The position numbers and the translations under genes are program-made. The notes beneath the pieces were generated by a model. The model did not search any database. It worked only from the letters and a program-made list of their open reading frames with translations, and was not told where the DNA came from. A stretch of DNA of 64,000 nt from a virus (taxonomy: Duplodnaviria > Caudoviricetes): positions 4,761-68,760 of IMG/VR virus record IMGVR_UViG_3300032894_000334. The stretch is one strand, 5' to 3'. Below are positions 19,401 to 27,237 of the stretch, one piece after another (positions within the stretch are counted from its first letter, which is position 1; the number at the start of each line of letters is the position of its first letter).

Positions 19401-22234
19401 CAGCCTTCCCTTTTCTGGATGAACGGGTTTGAACCCTCTGTGGCATGAGAGACCAGCACGTCCATGGCATTCCCATTCTTTCTGAACAGGTCCAGGCCTT
19501 TCGCCACGGTCATTCGCTTGCCGGACATGCCCTGGACGACCTTAGTGATTTCTTCCCCGGCCTTAGTGGATACTCCGCCCCAAAGGAGAATATGTTCCGC
19601 TAGATATGGTTGCCTACGGGCAAGCTCCTGTCTCGCTTTTTGCTGGGCTTGCATCTTCTCTACCGGGTGAATCGTTACGGCTTCTTTGGGAGCGCGTGGC
19701 CTCTTTTCAAATCCCTCAGGAGCTGTCCATGGTTGTTCTGCAGCGTACTTGTGGAGGGCTTCTTGAGCTGCTTCCCGCGTGGTCCACGTGGCCGGGACGG
19801 TAAACTCCGTTCGTTCCCCGGTAGAGACCGCGGTTGAGGTTCCCTTCATGTCACCCGGGACAGATGGAGGCTTGAAGCGTCTGCCCTTCTTATTGAGATC
19901 CTCAGTCCTGTACCATCCGAAACCGCCTCCAGCTTCTTTCGAAAGTTCGTTGACGTAGACATTCCGGCCCTGGGTATCAGTGTAGAAAGGGGGTTGATGT
20001 TTTGGTTCAGCGGCTTTTTGGGCTTCCCCAGCTCCCGCTGCCGGTATCGGTTCGGGTGTCGGCTCTGTCTTCGTTCCTACTCCAAATAGTTTCTTCCATC
20101 TTCCGGCTCTCGTCCCTTTTGGGGCTTCGGCAGGAGCTTCGCCTCCTGGTGCTCCTGGTTTAGCGTCACGGATAGCCCTAAGCTCGTCCATCATTTGCTT
20201 TGGGGTCTTGCCCTTCGTCTCGATCCCATTGGCTTCGGCAAGCCTTACGAAGTGTTCTCTGGGCAGTTCCGGCAGTTTCCCGGTCTTGTCTTCAATGTCC
20301 AAGGCGAGATTTATTTCCTTTATGTTCGTCGGAGTGCCCTTAAGGCCACCTTCCCCACCCCCTACTGGCCCTCCTATGATCTCCCCTGGCCCGGTCCCTG
20401 GCGCTCCCTCGCCCCCCGGTTCTTCTGCGAAAGGCTCGAGAATCCGATCCAGGATTTGTCTGTGGGTTATCCGATTGTCAAAACTGGCTTGGGCCTCTAC
20501 CGTGAACTGCTCGACAACGTCGTCTATCTTGTCTTTCGGAACGCCAGCTTCTTGAGCTGCCTTAGTCACCTCGATTTTAATGTTTTCGAAGTGCTCCATG
20601 AGCATGTTTTCATACGCTTCCTTGATGTACTTGTGAATCTCAGGAGCTTGATTGCCCATGAAGTCTACGGTCCGCTTGAACTCCTCAGCTTGATCCGCTG
20701 GTGTTGCGTCCCAGAACTGCGGGAATGGGATGAAACCAAGCGGAGCCTCCTCCGCACCGGTTGCTGTTCCTTCTCCAGCAGGCCCAGGCCCCAACTGTGG
20801 AGGCTGTCCAGCAGGCCCAGCACCCTCTGGGGGAAGCATGTCCTCAATCGCTTTGACATCTGATTTCTGTCCTTCTTCTGCTTTTTTAATAATGGCTTCT
20901 GCCGGTGGGGTTTCTTCCAGAACCGTTTTAGCGGTTTCATCCGCCTGAGTTCCCATCGGCTGATCGAATAAGCCTGGAGGTTCTCGGAACAGTCGCTTTT
21001 GGTGGCCGGTTGTGGAGGTTTTGTCTATCGTCTCATCGGATATTTTGGTTATTTTCTTTAAGTAGTAATCCTTCGCCAGCTTTCTGTTGTCCTCGTATTC
21101 CTTCCGGAGACGCTCCAGTTTCGTGTTAGAAACGGTCGTCACCACTTCTGCGCCGCCGCCCATCACGGCAGCCAGCGGGAAAACCGTTAGGGCGCTCTTG
21201 AGTGAGTCGTAGAACATGCCTTCAACATCGTCAGGCAGTTTCTGACCCGCCAGTATCGCCCCGCCGAGTTTTGAAATGACTTCCCAGGGTTCTTCAAGAC
21301 CCTCCGTGATCCCCTCAACCATAGAGGCCCCGAATACGCGGCCGACTTTTGATAGAAAGGTGTTCCCGGCTTTGCGCAGGATCCACTCAGTCCCGAACGC
21401 ATTGAGGGCGCCCACCCCGAAGAACATGAGTTCTGCCGACCGTGCCGCTTCTTCTTCTGACCCACCCCTTTTTAATATCTCCAGGTAGGTCTGTTGCGCC
21501 TCTGTCGCGCCTCCGGTCACGCCGCCGCCGATCCACGCGCCTATTTTACCGGCCCTTGTAACGAATTTTGTACCGGCTTCAGCCGCCTCCTCGGTTATGG
21601 CTTTGCCGGCCATTTTCCGCGCCCACATGCGTGCACCGAGCTTGGCTCCCCCTTTCATGGCCAATGCCCCGGCTCCCATGGTCAGGACCATCGACGGAGC
21701 CATCTCAGCAAGGTTGTAAACCCACCACGCAGCGCTCGCCAGCACCTCCGGATTGTCCATGACGTTGAACATATCCAGATCTTTCGGACGGAGTTCATCC
21801 GCTTTGTTCATCCAGAAATCGGCCCAGCCTTTTGAAGATTCCGCTACGCTTTCAAGCCGCAGCCTATGCGCGAGCCATGAGCCGACAACACCAGGCAGGG
21901 CAAGCATTTCGTAAACTCCGGTCTGGAGACCCCTGCTTACTAAATCAAGATAGTCTGGACTGTTGGATAATTCTTGATAGTCGGGCTTCTGGAGATGCTC
22001 TGGAGCGAGTTCTACATCAGGAACTTTCCAGTCTGGAATGTCCTCTCCCTCGATAGGAGATACTCGAGCTTTCTTGGCAAACGATGAAATCGTTTTCTCG
22101 TACAGATCCGGGGCATACTTCTTCTCCCACTCCAACCAAGGATTCCCCTCTGTGATGGTAGCTTCCCATGGCTTACCAGCGTCTTGTTGCCGTTGTTTCT
22201 CGAAAATTTCATTGATCCATTCAGCAGGCATCAA
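10481..22234 (-). CDS. Giant (3917 aa) polyvalent internal virion/DNA ejection protein with PRTase, SF2 helicase, GHKL ATPase and HEXXH modules
   Basis: Sits in the ejection-protein cluster; Ala/Gly-rich N-terminus; YVIFDDALVTGGT; SDGTGVGKT/DEAH/ATATP/QVIGRFSRRN; ELFQNSRDA/DDNGIGMT/GAFGLAK; HEFAH. Confidence 0.85.
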   Translation of the reverse strand: MMPAEWINEIFEKQRQQDAGKPWEATITEGNPWLEWEKKYAPDLYEKTISSFAKKARVSPIEGEDIPDWKVPDVELAPEHLQKPDYQELSNSPDYLDLVSRGLQTGVYEMLALPGVVGSWLAHRLRLESVAESSKGWADFWMNKADELRPKDLDMFNVMDNPEVLASAAWWVYNLAEMAPSMVLTMGAGALAMKGGAKLGARMWARKMAGKAITEEAAEAGTKFVTRAGKIGAWIGGGVTGGATEAQQTYLEILKRGGSEEEAARSAELMFFGVGALNAFGTEWILRKAGNTFLSKVGRVFGASMVEGITEGLEEPWEVISKLGGAILAGQKLPDDVEGMFYDSLKSALTVFPLAAVMGGGAEVVTTVSNTKLERLRKEYEDNRKLAKDYYLKKITKISDETIDKTSTTGHQKRLFREPPGLFDQPMGTQADETAKTVLEETPPAEAIIKKAEEGQKSDVKAIEDMLPPEGAGPAGQPPQLGPGPAGEGTATGAEEAPLGFIPFPQFWDATPADQAEEFKRTVDFMGNQAPEIHKYIKEAYENMLMEHFENIKIEVTKAAQEAGVPKDKIDDVVEQFTVEAQASFDNRITHRQILDRILEPFAEEPGGEGAPGTGPGEIIGGPVGGGEGGLKGTPTNIKEINLALDIEDKTGKLPELPREHFVRLAEANGIETKGKTPKQMMDELRAIRDAKPGAPGGEAPAEAPKGTRAGRWKKLFGVGTKTEPTPEPIPAAGAGEAQKAAEPKHQPPFYTDTQGRNVYVNELSKEAGGGFGWYRTEDLNKKGRRFKPPSVPGDMKGTSTAVSTGERTEFTVPATWTTREAAQEALHKYAAEQPWTAPEGFEKRPRAPKEAVTIHPVEKMQAQQKARQELARRQPYLAEHILLWGGVSTKAGEEITKVVQGMSGKRMTVAKGLDLFRKNGNAMDVLVSHATEGSNPFIQKREGWSASEYEEEFIRLFLKDLEARTEFSELTGNHQAKWRRLNEKLNKIPKEATEERKAIQLKLKHIENQIRAFGEQTGRVGRIADEEDRAGNQQQPQEEPEEGGPETPVLSRKDFTTWAEGEERLKALEPWDLDLVFQKLDQWTFDNPVEANKLTTWEERMDAADAWPPGGGGTAETVTPGFKIEYGGTPISGKEAVAPKQGVITHITPAENAAEAIEKAKPLFPSPAMKELTKAEKMKKLFEEPEKPFELKPTEPTTEEKIAEGIRKGILKKGPKGGPRAKLPEEKRKAPTTGKQESIIEKPAEKGEQSDFLDEAVKQAKSEEKRKALEGQAKEGDEAAQKDIKDILDTLQMRKEGIPHDTPISPAGLVQVMMANAYFKAAKSGDVEAAAKLVQALVSPEQIAFAKKFGKEAIYVPIIADEKEGKNKIPLAFAYHVASKTGAKVSTDIIQASRVARKGKGLLERMFRRADFEGKVRKGGLYVIFDDALVTGGTIAEVANHILQHGGQVVGIMALGKTPGAWYDLTIDQATYNEIRERFGHAIEEIFAVNPSALTSREAQFFLKAYRTVDALREAAAETGYRQFRGGFISALPEGGPSSIDPEKYVKIKGILDKLWKETQALAKTNGLTDDETDVFFIDRVHKLIGRDERIKPYFHKFAEDTWQEAKEAKDEKATRRTKVHEPADPGGPPTPGGVGEASPGGGRQGIRPGLRVADEDNLPEPRDQIPAGQYSILGEEQRLGINLILDAFDRGKKGFLLSDGTGVGKTMIQLVAAKLWAQKTGKKSLIIAPNLQIIEGRFREDARYLKMDLSQIEFATYSGLRVGKGGQGTYGVVIFDEAHNLKNMEAEKTLAANDIKADHRVYATATPMDKPTGAAYFLSRITGIPEARLHTELGFVVREVWIAEEKKFKKFTERLPGVSWARVMENIVKFRHKAILEGTILRREYPLFGNIKIEAEPLPAHLAAEQHRIEDYWGARIAAASMPIAKMHLRGQRTQELSRWADAQKVDRISERVADDLANGFRVVIVAHGVEPTIIKGLQKRIPQLIGGLVENLKQRGITDFAKIYGPNQVKKLSEIRRFQADKVKVAIMTAESGGAGVDLDDVHGDKPRRVYISSPSFQGDTFQQVIGRFSRRNTASPVEIVFPMWQDSEGDNRRAIVVTRKIETLRRIQEGDDIDKAIGFEDTEEMPTGSPPMSDETPRSPPREDIKARIDEIAQEVKARPVHSSIRDHELALLKRLAEGKEPIVYVKDDATRKHFQTNLWLTWKAQSHGISQKPIADHVELVHGGGDINAMTFQVLRPYGKLHFDPRDGELKLLSGTTLITDAIFQGPLINAQKTEREVKAGIDPFTNWINRMKDVANANPAKTLVTELFQNSRDALVQMAKKGAKQVGAYTPTLTIRWSRSENLVEFDDNGIGMTATQIEKNFLVLGDINKGTEDSGAFGLAKAFFLLYPKAGRLETVKEGKRHIIEWEPEDVFLAKKMKVRTEDFNGPNGTKVTLFLNEKMTPRFDWRDFVTELDRFASSVRTPGLRINLEPNIGLVTDRGPLSKVPDFDRTMGDKGSDMWKTVTTVGWDSEKLWKGSPKVPTGKMKFNYLGNKGTVYFVEIDPLDLPRINTKSFDGRPIARIFTYNKGMPTQVNLPSFMYWHPLSSPENLCIYVDFEDTVRPEQSQFDLKEAWESGDKDRIDAARDKYAKDADAYPWINNRKDLSDSSNNNLSQVIGPVLDQLRVDQIARQMERFKKMINEASEVNGMKVLIPFKDDAEKQIARKIFNDNKDFFGAWSEYYDAVGKLMENVRKEYPGMMLPERKLYLTLMQGIAGFVPNQKTVMELKGPEYAFIALNPLGHDERYLKWMKQNGMDITDPANLHDRAAMIVFATIHEFAHLYGEGHTDSNSDPFAIAHGMLGSAVKHIRLAILEEQVYEILQRFKGRLSGIESDLSSLGAGGNEFSQDLGTVVGPEWIQGPGAGIIHPLSTGTGSPGERGGDRGYNRGDLTSALLGRAGSPQAIQNLTQQPTGRQVAWDYEQNRTWAVKLFEMLNPAEIHISNTINKLQKKIQGLAGSASKVHPVRNPFWFLAYDKRLKRSQASDDLDRAMFLFRDSANGNREVFNRFRQIADAQLNDPNGYLTTMGMAADSPMGKRILSGEHKLYLKKILRLLDVAERMNPDQVHFVDEMAELFRDAGALANRHGLLKSFVENYVRRVYKARKGEDITPTGQGHAFKTYFTPAMPRTYHYALDAILDGYELGTEGITNAYKIYMDELTKVIQNKAFIKLGMGTYDSLGQQLFSTNRKDGYDKLNGFNVWVWAGDVWAEKEIPGFPALHINEYGKRFFATPPRELPEMWKVGRKYFDDEAAARQYAKERGGKEVTYVKAKDTSTFFEKVDLYAPKQLAEIINKMTQTDTLFRSGALNEVMRFNAGIKAWVLMSSFFHHLAGTRSWVFGVNHGWKWSKVAPWRAYKAGLDKINALHPLIILGVKNGLTLGEIADFSEFELRSAKGFTERIVSHFGLEKPLGLVEWFKFKRESWADSLFKKFFAGLKAEAFAIEYNHALQGAMDEYRLGKRNATPDPDRIAEAVAKLINDDFGGLHLKRMGRNPTLQNLFRLTFLAPDWTESNFRYVFASLGLEGVINKMVTDIAPPPEYKALARKFVTRVMLRIAVMTILAQLMLNWKDDTEDFLKEQMFSNRFNRFRWTEVDISKLYQMMGVDPEQRTTFSIGGHFFDPLKMIAPFKLMKGKGSPVWRIGDALFSGSDWAERPFTSISELAATGKTVKKSFHQPKEGELSRLPSIVVNQITNMQPIQVGHAIRYWQGEEDALTALLQSSGAMVHKAWKPYMETPIAGKSGPDLLMDVITDLKDKNVLKMGPPAKILTIQGKQYQLTPKQYKQYVDDSTALTRRRLEPKVEAINEMPDARKSKLIETVVLDSRKTIAGRIKRDLLVTAREKGGKPMATPNAPIRTSSGEIDWEAEILKELKK

Positions 22235-22240
22235 AGCCTC

Positions 22241-23539
22241 CTACATTAACGGAACCGGCCCAGCATCCTTGAACAGAGATCCAAGGCTTTTTGCCCCTTT
22301 GACAAGTGCTTCGCCTGGTTGCATTCCCATCACTGACCTTTCTTCGGGAGTTAGGCTGACACCGGCCTTCGGGCTGGTCCGTGCTTTGCGCTTTTCAGAA
22401 ATCATTTTGTTTAATTCAAGGGCTTTCACTTCTCCGTAATTCTTTTGAAATTCCTTAACGCGCTCCTTCACGGCTGTGGCAAATTGCGCTTCATCCAGGC
22501 CTTGAAAGGTTTCGGTAATACCCTTGGCAAGGGTAGCCATGTAGGCATCAGGATCCACCCCTTGCTGGTTGGCGTGGGTTGCCAACCGGACATACTGCAA
22601 CATTTCTTGCGGGTTCTTGAATACTTTATCAGGTCCACCGACTTCGGTTTGGTAATCAGTCTGAGCCTTCTTGATCATTGAGTAAGCCTGCCCGAAGGTG
22701 AGGTCTTTGCCCATCGATTCCGCTTTCAAAACCATTGCGTTCGCGGCCTTGATCACATCGTCTTCGTCTTGTGTCCCGAGCATGTGCATGTTAACGATCA
22801 TTGTGTGCGTGTCGAAAAGACCTCCACCACCCATCATGATAGCTTCTGCCTGCGCCTCGTTCTGGGCGATCTCCTCCGGGGTGTTGCCCTTGGGGATCCC
22901 TTTCACGGCAGTGCTCAGCTTGTTGTACCGGTCCATGAGCTGCTGCTTGATCATCATTGCGGCGACCCCAGGCTTCTCCGTAAGCATCCATTTGTGCATC
23001 TGATTGAAGTCGACTCTGCGGTTCATTTGGCTGAGTATTTCCGGTTCCGCCGTCAACAAAGCCTTCTTCCACATTGGGGGAATAGCAGGGCTTTCGGTTA
23101 CATATTGCTGATACGAAATCTTTTCCTCGCCCCGTTCCTTCTCCAGCATGGCGTACTTGTGGTTGTCTTGAGCGATCTTCAGCATCTGCTGATTGATTCC
23201 CTTCTGTTCCTTCGCAATCTGTACCTGCTCCCGCCCTTGACTTTCTAATTCCATGCCGTGGCGCTGGGTCTCCGCGAGAGTCGCCATTTTGTACCCTTGC
23301 TCTTTTTCCTTCCATCTTTCCTCTGCTCCGAGCTTCGCAGTTTCCAGGCCAGCTTTTGACCGATTGATCTCCATTTCCCCCATAACTCTGGCAAGGTTCA
23401 CGTCCTGTTGCTTCCCTTCCAGGTCCAGCTTTGCTTCCTGTATTTTCACCCCTGCCCAGGTTTTCATAATGTCCGAAATGGACTCCCCAACACCTGCTAA
23501 AGCAGCCGAAGGGCCATATAGTCCTGAGAGTTGAGCCAT
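22241..23539 (-). CDS. Putative internal virion (ejection) protein
   Basis: 432 aa, helical, Gly/Ala N-terminus, directly upstream of the giant gene. Confidence 0.6.
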   Translation of the reverse strand: MAQLSGLYGPSAALAGVGESISDIMKTWAGVKIQEAKLDLEGKQQDVNLARVMGEMEINRSKAGLETAKLGAEERWKEKEQGYKMATLAETQRHGMELESQGREQVQIAKEQKGINQQMLKIAQDNHKYAMLEKERGEEKISYQQYVTESPAIPPMWKKALLTAEPEILSQMNRRVDFNQMHKWMLTEKPGVAAMMIKQQLMDRYNKLSTAVKGIPKGNTPEEIAQNEAQAEAIMMGGGGLFDTHTMIVNMHMLGTQDEDDVIKAANAMVLKAESMGKDLTFGQAYSMIKKAQTDYQTEVGGPDKVFKNPQEMLQYVRLATHANQQGVDPDAYMATLAKGITETFQGLDEAQFATAVKERVKEFQKNYGEVKALELNKMISEKRKARTSPKAGVSLTPEERSVMGMQPGEALVKGAKSLGSLFKDAGPVPLM

Positions 23540-23549
23540 GATCTTCCTC

Positions 23550-23963
23550 CTATTTCTGCATGATCAGAAGCACAAAGACTTTCCCCGTTGTGGAAACCCG
23601 TATGCCATGGATCAAAAAACCCATCCTTAGGGTTTGCATCAGGATCGCTGTGTTCGTGTTTAGAACAGCAGCAATCAAGTAGCGAAATTTGACGTTCACC
23701 CAAAGGAAATCGAACGCATCCACCAACACCTTCCTCAGTCCAAGGCCGACACCTTGAGCAAATAATGCTTTCGCGTCTGTCATGGCCAGCCTCTGGAGGT
23801 AGATGGTATCCCTGTCGTGCCAGTAAAAAGAGAAGTACCCGGCTAGTTCCCTGGCATCGGTGTAGATGAGCAGCACCTGACCAGGAATGAACTCCGGTTC
23901 AGCTCCAAAGACTATCTTGGTTTCTAGACCTACCGGCACGGTATTGGAAAGCTCGAAGATCAT
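23550..23963 (-). CDS. GNAT-like acetyltransferase
   Basis: LAGYFSFY...IYLQRLAM...QGVG...NTNTAILMQTLRMGFLIHG; GNATs often lie in podoviral ejection clusters. Confidence 0.6.
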   Translation of the reverse strand: MIFELSNTVPVGLETKIVFGAEPEFIPGQVLLIYTDARELAGYFSFYWHDRDTIYLQRLAMTDAKALFAQGVGLGLRKVLVDAFDFLWVNVKFRYLIAAVLNTNTAILMQTLRMGFLIHGIRVSTTGKVFVLLIMQK

Positions 23964-24298
23964 TTCAAGCGTCTTTCCTCTTTCACTTCGTCCATGGCAT
24001 CTGTGATCGTTTTGCCTTTTCCCGGTTTCCCGAGTGCGACCTTTTGGATCTGTAACTCCAGGCGGTCGTATGATCCGCTGCCGCTACTGTTGCTGGATAT
24101 CGAGCATACTTCGCAAACTGCCGTTAGGGCGATCTTATCCCCAACCGCGAAATCGGCAACGTCCAGTTCGAGTGCTTCAAGGGCCTTGTCCTCAAAAGAA
24201 ACCCTCAGACCGTATGGATACTCCTCTTTCGGCATCTCTGGCGCATATTCTACGCCCAACGGGGCCGGAGCCGGGACCTTCATGTCTGTAAGATTCAT
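23960..24298 (-). CDS. Capsid staple/cement-like protein
   Basis: M.LTDMK...YPYGLRVSFEDKALEAL...VGDKIALTAVCEV..IS...LELQI pattern, as recalled for podoviral capsid staple proteins. Confidence 0.55.
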   Translation of the reverse strand: MNLTDMKVPAPAPLGVEYAPEMPKEEYPYGLRVSFEDKALEALELDVADFAVGDKIALTAVCEVCSISSNSSGSGSYDRLELQIQKVALGKPGKGKTITDAMDEVKEERRLK

Positions 24299-24299
24299 G

Positions 24300-24731
24300 T
24301 CATCCTCCTAGGGCTTTAATCGCTTTCGTTTTCTTCTCTGGAAAAATCTTTTTCAAGTACACCGGTGGGGCTTTCTCTCCATCAACGTAGGCATTAGGAC
24401 CAACGTTGTACGCCTCTACCGCGGATTGCCACGTCTTGAACTTTTTCTTGAGATAGTTCAGATACAACATCCCCCCAAGGACGTTGTTATAGGGATGCTT
24501 AATATCGTCCGGAACGCTCATCTTTTCTTTCTGATAAATCCATGCATACGTTTCCGGCTTGATCTGCATGAGTCCCTTGGCCCCTTTCGGGCTTTCCGCC
24601 TCAGGATCGAAGGTGCTCTCCGCATGGATCAACCTGAGTAGCATATCCGAAGGGACATTCTTCAACTTCGGATATTCGTCCTTTATATCCTCTATCAAGG
24701 CGACCAAATCTGTGGAGGCATCGTCAGGCAT
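24300..24731 (-). CDS. Lytic transglycosylase (SLT domain)
   Basis: IHAESTFDPEAESPKGAKGLMQI...NVLGGMLYL...AVEAYNVGP. Confidence 0.95.
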   Translation of the reverse strand: MPDDASTDLVALIEDIKDEYPKLKNVPSDMLLRLIHAESTFDPEAESPKGAKGLMQIKPETYAWIYQKEKMSVPDDIKHPYNNVLGGMLYLNYLKKKFKTWQSAVEAYNVGPNAYVDGEKAPPVYLKKIFPEKKTKAIKALGG

Positions 24732-24937
24732 CAGTCTTTAAGCGTCTCCTTTAAAGCCTTGTTTCGTCTCCTGAGTGCATCCTCCTGAGACTGCGCTTGA
24801 GCGGGGTTTCCCACGTCCTTCACGGGCGGAGGCGGCGGTTCCTTGGGAGGCGGTCCCGTTTCCTTCTTTTTCGTGGACTCCTCCATAGCCTTCAGAAACT
24901 CCTCGGTCGTCATGTCTTCCAGTTTTTTCTCTGCCAT
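24731..24937 (-). CDS. Small hypothetical protein
   Basis: Start ATG 24937 after AAAGGAGG; Pro-rich middle. Confidence 0.6.
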   Translation of the reverse strand: MAEKKLEDMTTEEFLKAMEESTKKKETGPPPKEPPPPPVKDVGNPAQAQSQEDALRRRNKALKETLKD

Positions 24938-24948
24938 TTCACCCTCCT

Positions 24949-25377
24949 TTATTTTCCACCTGCTCCCCAACCAAGAGAAGCTCCCACACCTTCAAACGCC
25001 CCTCCGCTGGCCATTTTCGCCACGGTCAATCCTGTCTGGATGCCTAACCCTGCAAGCTGGATCGCCTGTGTCGTTTTGGCGGCGTCCTGCTCATCTTCCG
25101 ATTTCTGTTTTTCGAAGTTCATCTTTTCGATATTCATAGCGGATGTTTCCGCGAATTGCCTCTGGTTTTCAGCCATGGTTGACTCAGATTCTTGTTTTTG
25201 TTGTTCAAGACCCCTCTCTTGGAAAGTAATGTCCTGTAGCCTTCGGCCTGCCTCGATCTTTGCTGGAAGCTCCTCATGTATCATTGTAGCCAATGGCATA
25301 TTGGCAACGCCACCCTTAGCCTTTATTGCCTTGGACTGTGTTGTGTAGAGATCTGATAATCCGAGACCGCTGGGCAT
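24949..25377 (-). CDS. Putative small ejection protein
   Basis: Q/E coiled coil and Gly/Ala-rich hydrophobic C-terminus. Confidence 0.55.
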   Translation of the reverse strand: MPSGLGLSDLYTTQSKAIKAKGGVANMPLATMIHEELPAKIEAGRRLQDITFQERGLEQQKQESESTMAENQRQFAETSAMNIEKMNFEKQKSEDEQDAAKTTQAIQLAGLGIQTGLTVAKMASGGAFEGVGASLGWGAGGK

Positions 25378-25380
25378 GGC

Positions 25381-25962
25381 TTATTCCTCCCTTGACTCCC
25401 TTGCTTGGTATGGTTTGACGTACCGGGTTTCCTGTTGCTCTTGTGACTCCTTTGGAGACAGCAGCAGGGTCCCGGTCCTATGTTGCGCAACTAATGCATC
25501 TTTTTCTTTGGTCCAAAGCTCCATGATCTTATTCAGCTTGTCCGTTTGGCCGACCATGATCCCTATCAATTTGTCGGCCTGTTTATCCGCCCACCACGCT
25601 CCAGTTATGTTCAAAGCGGTTTTCACACCAGCAAACACAGTGGCTTTTCTGGCGAGATCCTTGTCCCAATCAGCCACCTGCTGCTCAAGCTGGAAAGCCT
25701 GTTCGTTTATGTCTTGGTTTACGTCAAACTGCTGCTGCTCCATTGCCAGTTTCTTTGTAAACAGCTCGGCATGAGTAGCCAATGTTTTCTCTTTGAGTCC
25801 AGTTTCAGCTCCACGGACTTCCCTTTGTCCTTGATCCTTTGCCTCCTGTGCAGATACCTTGCCTACAAACTGCTCAGCAAGATAGTTCGGGGTCGCGGAT
25901 TGTTCTGGTTGTGCCGCGTAGATTTTCTTTAATGTCTGTTGTGCTCCATAAGGCGCTGTCAT
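25381..25962 (-). CDS. Putative ejection protein
   Basis: 193 aa, Q/E-rich helical protein in the cluster. Confidence 0.55.
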   Translation of the reverse strand: MTAPYGAQQTLKKIYAAQPEQSATPNYLAEQFVGKVSAQEAKDQGQREVRGAETGLKEKTLATHAELFTKKLAMEQQQFDVNQDINEQAFQLEQQVADWDKDLARKATVFAGVKTALNITGAWWADKQADKLIGIMVGQTDKLNKIMELWTKEKDALVAQHRTGTLLLSPKESQEQQETRYVKPYQARESREE

Positions 25963-26702
25963 TTTCCACCTCCTCCACCACCATCCATTCCTGTTCCAGT
26001 TCCCATGCCCTCGGTGCTGGCACTTGCAGGACCTATACCTTCAGCAGCAACACCCAACCCCGGGTTTCCAGCGGATTCTCCCTGACCGGCCTCCGCAGAT
26101 CCGCCAGCTTCCGCGCCAGCGGCCGCGCCGACTGCATCTGGTGCGCCTGCGTTCGGTGCAGATGATCCAAGACTCGGACCTACTCCCCACCCACCATGGG
26201 TATCTCCACCTGTGAATCCTTGCGCTGCCGCGTTCCCGCCTTCCATGCCAGACGCTTGGTGTCCACCACCAAAGAGTCCTCCAAGAAGGCTCCCGAGCAT
26301 AGAACTCGGAGGGTTCCCGGTTATTGCTGAGACAGCAAGGGCTGACATAAGGCCAATCACTGCAGGCACCGGCCCAAGCGCCATGGAAAGCGCCGTAGCC
26401 GCCACGAAACCGCCCAGACCGGGATCGTTGCCAGCTTCTGGACCCTCCACACCCTCATTGCCAGCTTCTGGACCTACACCACCACCAACCATTCCTGTGT
26501 CTCCGATTGATATTGGGGAACCGCCACCCTGGGGTTTTTGCTTTGGTTCATTCGATCCGATTGTTCCGCTTGTGGATCCGCTTACGGAGCCTCCAGCACC
26601 TGTGGTCTTTCCGTAGGATCCCATCGGAAATGCTGGGCCGCTGGATGGCTTTCCGGTCATTGCGCTTTTCTGTGGAAGATATAAACCTTGAAGTGATGGC
26701 AT
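25959..26702 (-). CDS. Gly/Ala-rich putative ejection/pilot protein
   Basis: Low-complexity Gly-rich chain with a central hydrophobic segment (FVAATALSMALGPVPAVIGLMSALAV). Confidence 0.55.
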   Translation of the reverse strand: MPSLQGLYLPQKSAMTGKPSSGPAFPMGSYGKTTGAGGSVSGSTSGTIGSNEPKQKPQGGGSPISIGDTGMVGGGVGPEAGNEGVEGPEAGNDPGLGGFVAATALSMALGPVPAVIGLMSALAVSAITGNPPSSMLGSLLGGLFGGGHQASGMEGGNAAAQGFTGGDTHGGWGVGPSLGSSAPNAGAPDAVGAAAGAEAGGSAEAGQGESAGNPGLGVAAEGIGPASASTEGMGTGTGMDGGGGGGK

Positions 26703-26728
26703 TTTCGCCTCCTATTGGTTGGAGCGCC

Positions 26729-27052
26729 TTATTTCTTTACTTCGCTCGATGACTTGAGCCCCAGCTTCGTTCCCTTCAGGAGATCATACCCTAATGCCGC
26801 AAACAAAGCCCCAACGAAACCGTGAAATAGCGCGACCGTCTCGGTATGCTTCACCTGTGCGATATCGAAGCAGAAATGGGCCACGAAAAGGCCAACGAAC
26901 AAAGTGAACAGCTTTAGGACTGGAATGCGCCGCCACACGTCGGGAATGTACTCCTTCAAAAACTGGACCGTGGCCATGACGATGACGCCAACCGCCACAA
27001 GCATTCGCCAGTTCATAAAATCAAGCGCTTTCTGGATTTCAGTGATATCCAC
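26729..27052 (-). CDS. Holin-like membrane protein (3 TM)
   Basis: Three hydrophobic segments and a basic C-terminus. Confidence 0.55.
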   Translation of the reverse strand: MDITEIQKALDFMNWRMLVAVGVIVMATVQFLKEYIPDVWRRIPVLKLFTLFVGLFVAHFCFDIAQVKHTETVALFHGFVGALFAALGYDLLKGTKLGLKSSSEVKK

Positions 27053-27053
27053 T

Positions 27054-27236
27054 TTAACCTCCTCCGTATTTGCTCATCTCATCCTTGATGACCTGGATGC
27101 TCTCAAGGATCAGAGGCAGATTTTGGGCTATATGGGCTTTAACTTCTTCCTCTGTGGCGTTTGGGTTTCGTTCCAGGTATTGCATAACGAGCTTCGCCAC
27201 GATGTTTGCCAATCCGATAGCGAGAACCGGGTCCAT
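27054..27236 (-). CDS. Small hypothetical protein
   Basis: MDPVLAIGLANIVAKLV...; start ATG 27236 after GGAGG. Confidence 0.6.
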   Translation of the reverse strand: MDPVLAIGLANIVAKLVMQYLERNPNATEEEVKAHIAQNLPLILESIQVIKDEMSKYGGG

Positions 27237-27237
27237 A

